Of a stretch of 64,000 nt of DNA, positions 59,301 to 64,000 are shown piece after piece. Under the pieces are notes generated by a model. It saw only the letters and a program-made list of their open reading frames with translations, was not told the origin of the DNA and searched no databases. The stretch lies in NCBI GenBank assembly GCA_028534125.1, contig CM052851.1, forward strand, positions 40,672,001 to 40,736,000, written 5' to 3'. The stretch's first letter is position 1; every line of letters begins with the position of its first letter. The DNA comes from Lama glama. Its lineage: Eukaryota. The position numbers and the translations under genes were made by a program.

Positions 59301-60802
59301 TGCATGGGTGGAAATGTGTAACAGCAGTTTAAGGTAGAGAAAACATTGTTACAATGGCAAGTTGATTGATCTAAAAGCCTGGAAACTTGGGCTCCTTGGC
59401 CTTGGAGCACATCACAGAGATTACTGAGTGCAGTGAAGATTCTGACAGCCCTTCTGGGTCTAAAACTAAGAATATAGAGAAGGGGCAGGAGAAAGGCCTG
59501 GCTGAGAACCTAGGATCTGGAATCAGAATGCCTGCCTTCTGATCCCCATTCCTCAGTGTGACCTAAGGTTTATTACCTGATTTCTAAAAGCTTCAGTTTC
59601 CTTATCTGTGAAATGGTGATAAAGGAATCTGTTCTGAGATAGTAAATGGCAGAGTGCACTGTAATGATCAAGAGAGTAAACATTCCTCAAATGGATGTCT
59701 TAAAACAAACAAACAAACAAAAAACCAAAGGTTGGAGAGGACTGGTCTGTAGGGGCTGATCTGGGAGGCACTGTGGTGTGAAGCACTGGAAGGTCTGAAT
59801 GTGGATGAACACCGAAAGCAAGATACAGAGAGGGCAGAGCTCGTGGAGGGTCAGTCTGCTTAGGAGGCTGGAGGAAGAGGCAGTCAGTGAGGAAAACCAA
59901 GCTTAGGATTCATGCTGGAAGAGGCCAGAGAAGTGCCAAGTCCCCGAAGCCAAGGAGGAGAGCACCAAGGAAGGGGTACGTGCACAGCGTTGTCAGGAGC
60001 TGTAGGCTAGTGAAGCCAGGGGAGAGCCGAGGCCCTGAGCTTGATGGGGCAGAGCTGGAAAGTCTAGGGTAGAGCTGGGGTGTCTTCTCCCCACCCCCAG
60101 TAGTGCCATGTTCATGTCCTTGTCTTTCAGGGGTAGATGTGATTAATGGGGCCCTGGAGTCAGTCTTGTCCTCCAGTAGCCGTGAGCAGTGGACCCCAAG
60201 CCACGTCAGTGTGGCCCCTGCCACCCTCACCATCTTGCACCAGCAGGTAAAGACCTGCCGCGCCTTGCCGTGGAGGGGAGCCCAGGGGCGAGGGGAAGGG
60301 CTGCCTGTAAGGTGGAGGTGCCCAGTGGAAGAGGGTCGGACTGTTCCTTTCCAACTGGCTCCCCTCCCTGCAGACAGAGGCAGTGCTGGGGGAGTGCCGG
60401 GTGCNNNNNNNNNNNNNNNNNNNNNNNNNNNNNNNNNNNNNNNNNNNNNNNNNNNNNNNNNNNNNNNNNNNNNNNNNNNNNNNNNNNNNNNNNNNNNNNN
60501 NNNNNNNNNNNNNNNNNNNNNNNNNNNNNNNNNNNNNNNNNNNNTGCATGGTAAGTGGGCAGGGTGGTGGAGCGGTGGCGCCCAGCCGACAGCGGGCAGG
60601 CTGGGTTGTGACCGCCCCTCCTGTCTCTCTGCAGCTGCGCTACCAGAAGTGTCTGGATGCCCGCTCCCAGGCCTCCACCTCCTGCCTCCCAGCACCTCCG
60701 GCTGAGTCCGTTGCCCGGCGTGTAGGGTGGACTGTCCGCAGGGGCGTTCAGTCACTGTGGGGCTCCCTCAAACCCAAACGGCTGGGGGCCCACACCCCCT
60801 GA
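46613..60802 (+). CDS. APBB1: Amyloid beta precursor protein-binding family B member 1 (FE65; WW-PTB1-PTB2), whole CDS span, ~709 aa
   Basis: join(46613..47330,52770..52945,53044..53100,53184..53269,53384..53447,53873..54022,54371..54498,54603..54608,[~115-nt exon inside N 54888-55043],55167..55251,55510..55593,60131..60246,60374..60550,60635..60802); phases consistent. Confidence 0.97.
48290..49090 (-). mobile_element. Old L1 (L1M) fragment carrying a nested younger L1 3' end (48458-48541)
   Basis: acccagtttcaacaatt..catggctaaccttg..ttattttgaagcaaat; nested insert bounded by 14-bp TSD cactcatgcatttc / cattcatgcatttc. Confidence 0.65.
51844..51895 (+). CDS. APBB1: APBB1 alternative first coding exon (short isoform)
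   Basis: gcc[20 protein letters not shown], donor CAG|gtgag in phase 1, matching exon 3. Confidence 0.7.
52770..52945 (+). CDS. APBB1: APBB1 exon 3 (WW domain)
   Basis: [59 protein letters not shown]. Confidence 0.96.
53044..53100 (+). CDS. APBB1: APBB1 exon 4
   Basis: [19 protein letters not shown]. Confidence 0.93.
53184..53269 (+). CDS. APBB1: APBB1 exon 5
   Basis: [28 protein letters not shown]. Confidence 0.92.
53384..53447 (+). CDS. APBB1: APBB1 exon 6
   Basis: [22 protein letters not shown]. Confidence 0.92.
53873..54022 (+). CDS. APBB1: APBB1 exon 7 (PTB1)
   Basis: [50 protein letters not shown]. Confidence 0.96.
54371..54498 (+). CDS. APBB1: APBB1 exon 8 (PTB1)
   Basis: [42 protein letters not shown]. 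Confidence 0.96.
54603..54608 (+). CDS. APBB1: APBB1 6-nt neural microexon (exon 9, inserts E-R)
   Basis: ccag|AGAGAG|gtact with upstream CTAAC branch point, pyrimidine tract and TGC motifs. Confidence 0.88.
55167..55251 (+). CDS. APBB1: APBB1 exon 11
   Basis: [28 protein letters not shown]. Confidence 0.95.
55510..55593 (+). CDS. APBB1: APBB1 exon 12 (PTB2 start)
   Basis: [28 protein letters not shown]. Confidence 0.95.
56100..57260 (-). mobile_element. L2 LINE fragment in APBB1 intron 12
   Basis: tcattcacttagcaaatacctatgcagcctaccacgtgccagg.. followed by reverse L2 body. Confidence 0.65.
60131..60246 (+). CDS. APBB1: APBB1 exon 13
   Basis: [39 protein letters not shown]. Confidence 0.95.
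60374..60550 (+). CDS. APBB1: APBB1 exon 14 (interior masked)
   Basis: [10 protein letters not shown][N140]CM|gtaagt; 177 nt, equal to the recalled 59-codon human exon. Confidence 0.92.
60635..60802 (+). CDS. APBB1: APBB1 last exon coding part
   Basis: [55 protein letters not shown]. Confidence 0.96.
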   Translation: MRYQKCLDARSQASTSCLPAPPAESVARRVGWTVRRGVQSLWGSLKPKRLGAHTP

Positions 60803-61171
60803 AGCCCTGTCTTCCCTCCACCTGCTTGCATTGGGCCCCAGGGAACTCAAGGGTTTGGGGCAGGGAGGGGCCCTACAGGCTATTCTTAGATCTCAGAGCT
60901 GCCCCTCCCCATGAGCTAGGGTTCCCTGCCTAGGGGCTGGGGAGGGAAATCTAATCCTGCAAGATAGTGACAATACTGGTGGATTGATGAGAAAGGAGCA
61001 GGAAGCAAGGCCAGCCCCAGGTTCTCTATCCCCACGTTTCAGGTGGAGCAGGAGGAATTGGTCTAGGCCAGGCCCCATCTTTGTAGGGTCCTGCAGGGGC
61101 AGGAGGGGACTGGTCAGGCATGGGTCCCCTGCCCCCTGCTCCGTGGGCACCTCTGCTGTACTGATATCACT

Positions 61172-61177
61172 AATAAA
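61172..61177 (+). terminator. APBB1 polyadenylation signal
   Basis: AATAAA ~370 nt after the stop. Confidence 0.8.
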
Positions 61178-61339
61178 GTCTGTCTGCCCTGCTGAACTGT
61201 GTGCCTCCTGTGCCTGCACTACACCATCACTCCTGGTACCCTGATCCCTCAGTTAGGCTCTTACTCCCAGGGCCCCCTTGCCCTGCCTGCCTCAAAAGAA
61301 ATCAGGTCACAGCAGGGTCTTGAGCCCAAGTCTCTTGTT

Positions 61340-61345
61340 TTTATT
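61340..61345 (-). terminator. SMPD1 polyadenylation signal
   Basis: TTTATT on + (AATAAA on -), ~325 nt after the stop. Confidence 0.75.
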
Positions 61346-61669
61346 TTAACAGCCTGGCAACCAGGCAGTAGCAGCAGTACAGGGTTCCTGGCTGGCCAGC
61401 ACAGGCCTGGGGTGACAGCTTCTGTCTGGTCTGTCCAGGGCAGTGCCAACTGAGACCTCTGCTCCATGGCCATGAAAGGACAGCAGCCTCAGAGCACCCA
61501 GCCCCGCTCCCATATCTTGCTAAGTCAGCTCCAAGAATGGCAGTCTTATTTTGGAGGTGCGCCTGGGTGGGGGGATAGGCTCTTCCGCCAGACCTTGCTG
61601 TGGTGCCTCTCAGGGGTTTTCACTCCTTTCCTAAGACACATGCTTTCCCAACTCTGGGCCCTGGGAGTG

Positions 61670-64000
<2,331 letters not shown>

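Overview
Mammalian genomic DNA, syntenic with human 11p15.4 and probably a camelid (tRNA-Ala-derived vic-1-like SINE, cetartiodactyl-type L1 3' ends, Tigger1 derivative). It contains TRIM3 (+, 11 coding exons, 2905-18114), HPX (+, 10 exons, 24699-33226, 455 aa), APBB1/FE65 (+, CpG-island promoter at ~39.3-40.0 kb, CDS 46613-60802, with the 6-nt neural microexon) and the 3' part of SMPD1 (-, 61670->64000, exon 4 lost in a gap). The background is L2, MIR, MLT1, MER21 and L1 repeats. Most notable: (i) an apparent decayed B-box/NHL-repeat gene right behind TRIM3, with a second convergent spliced relic before HPX; (ii) a very degenerate PTP4A-like retrocopy between HPX and APBB1; (iii) an internal APBB1 promoter (RFX X-box cluster) plus an alternative first coding exon; (iv) a conserved +40 cryptic SMPD1 donor; (v) four length-preserving N runs that each cover a conserved coding exon, suggesting masking rather than true gaps. 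Comparisons to human proteins are from memory; no searches were run.
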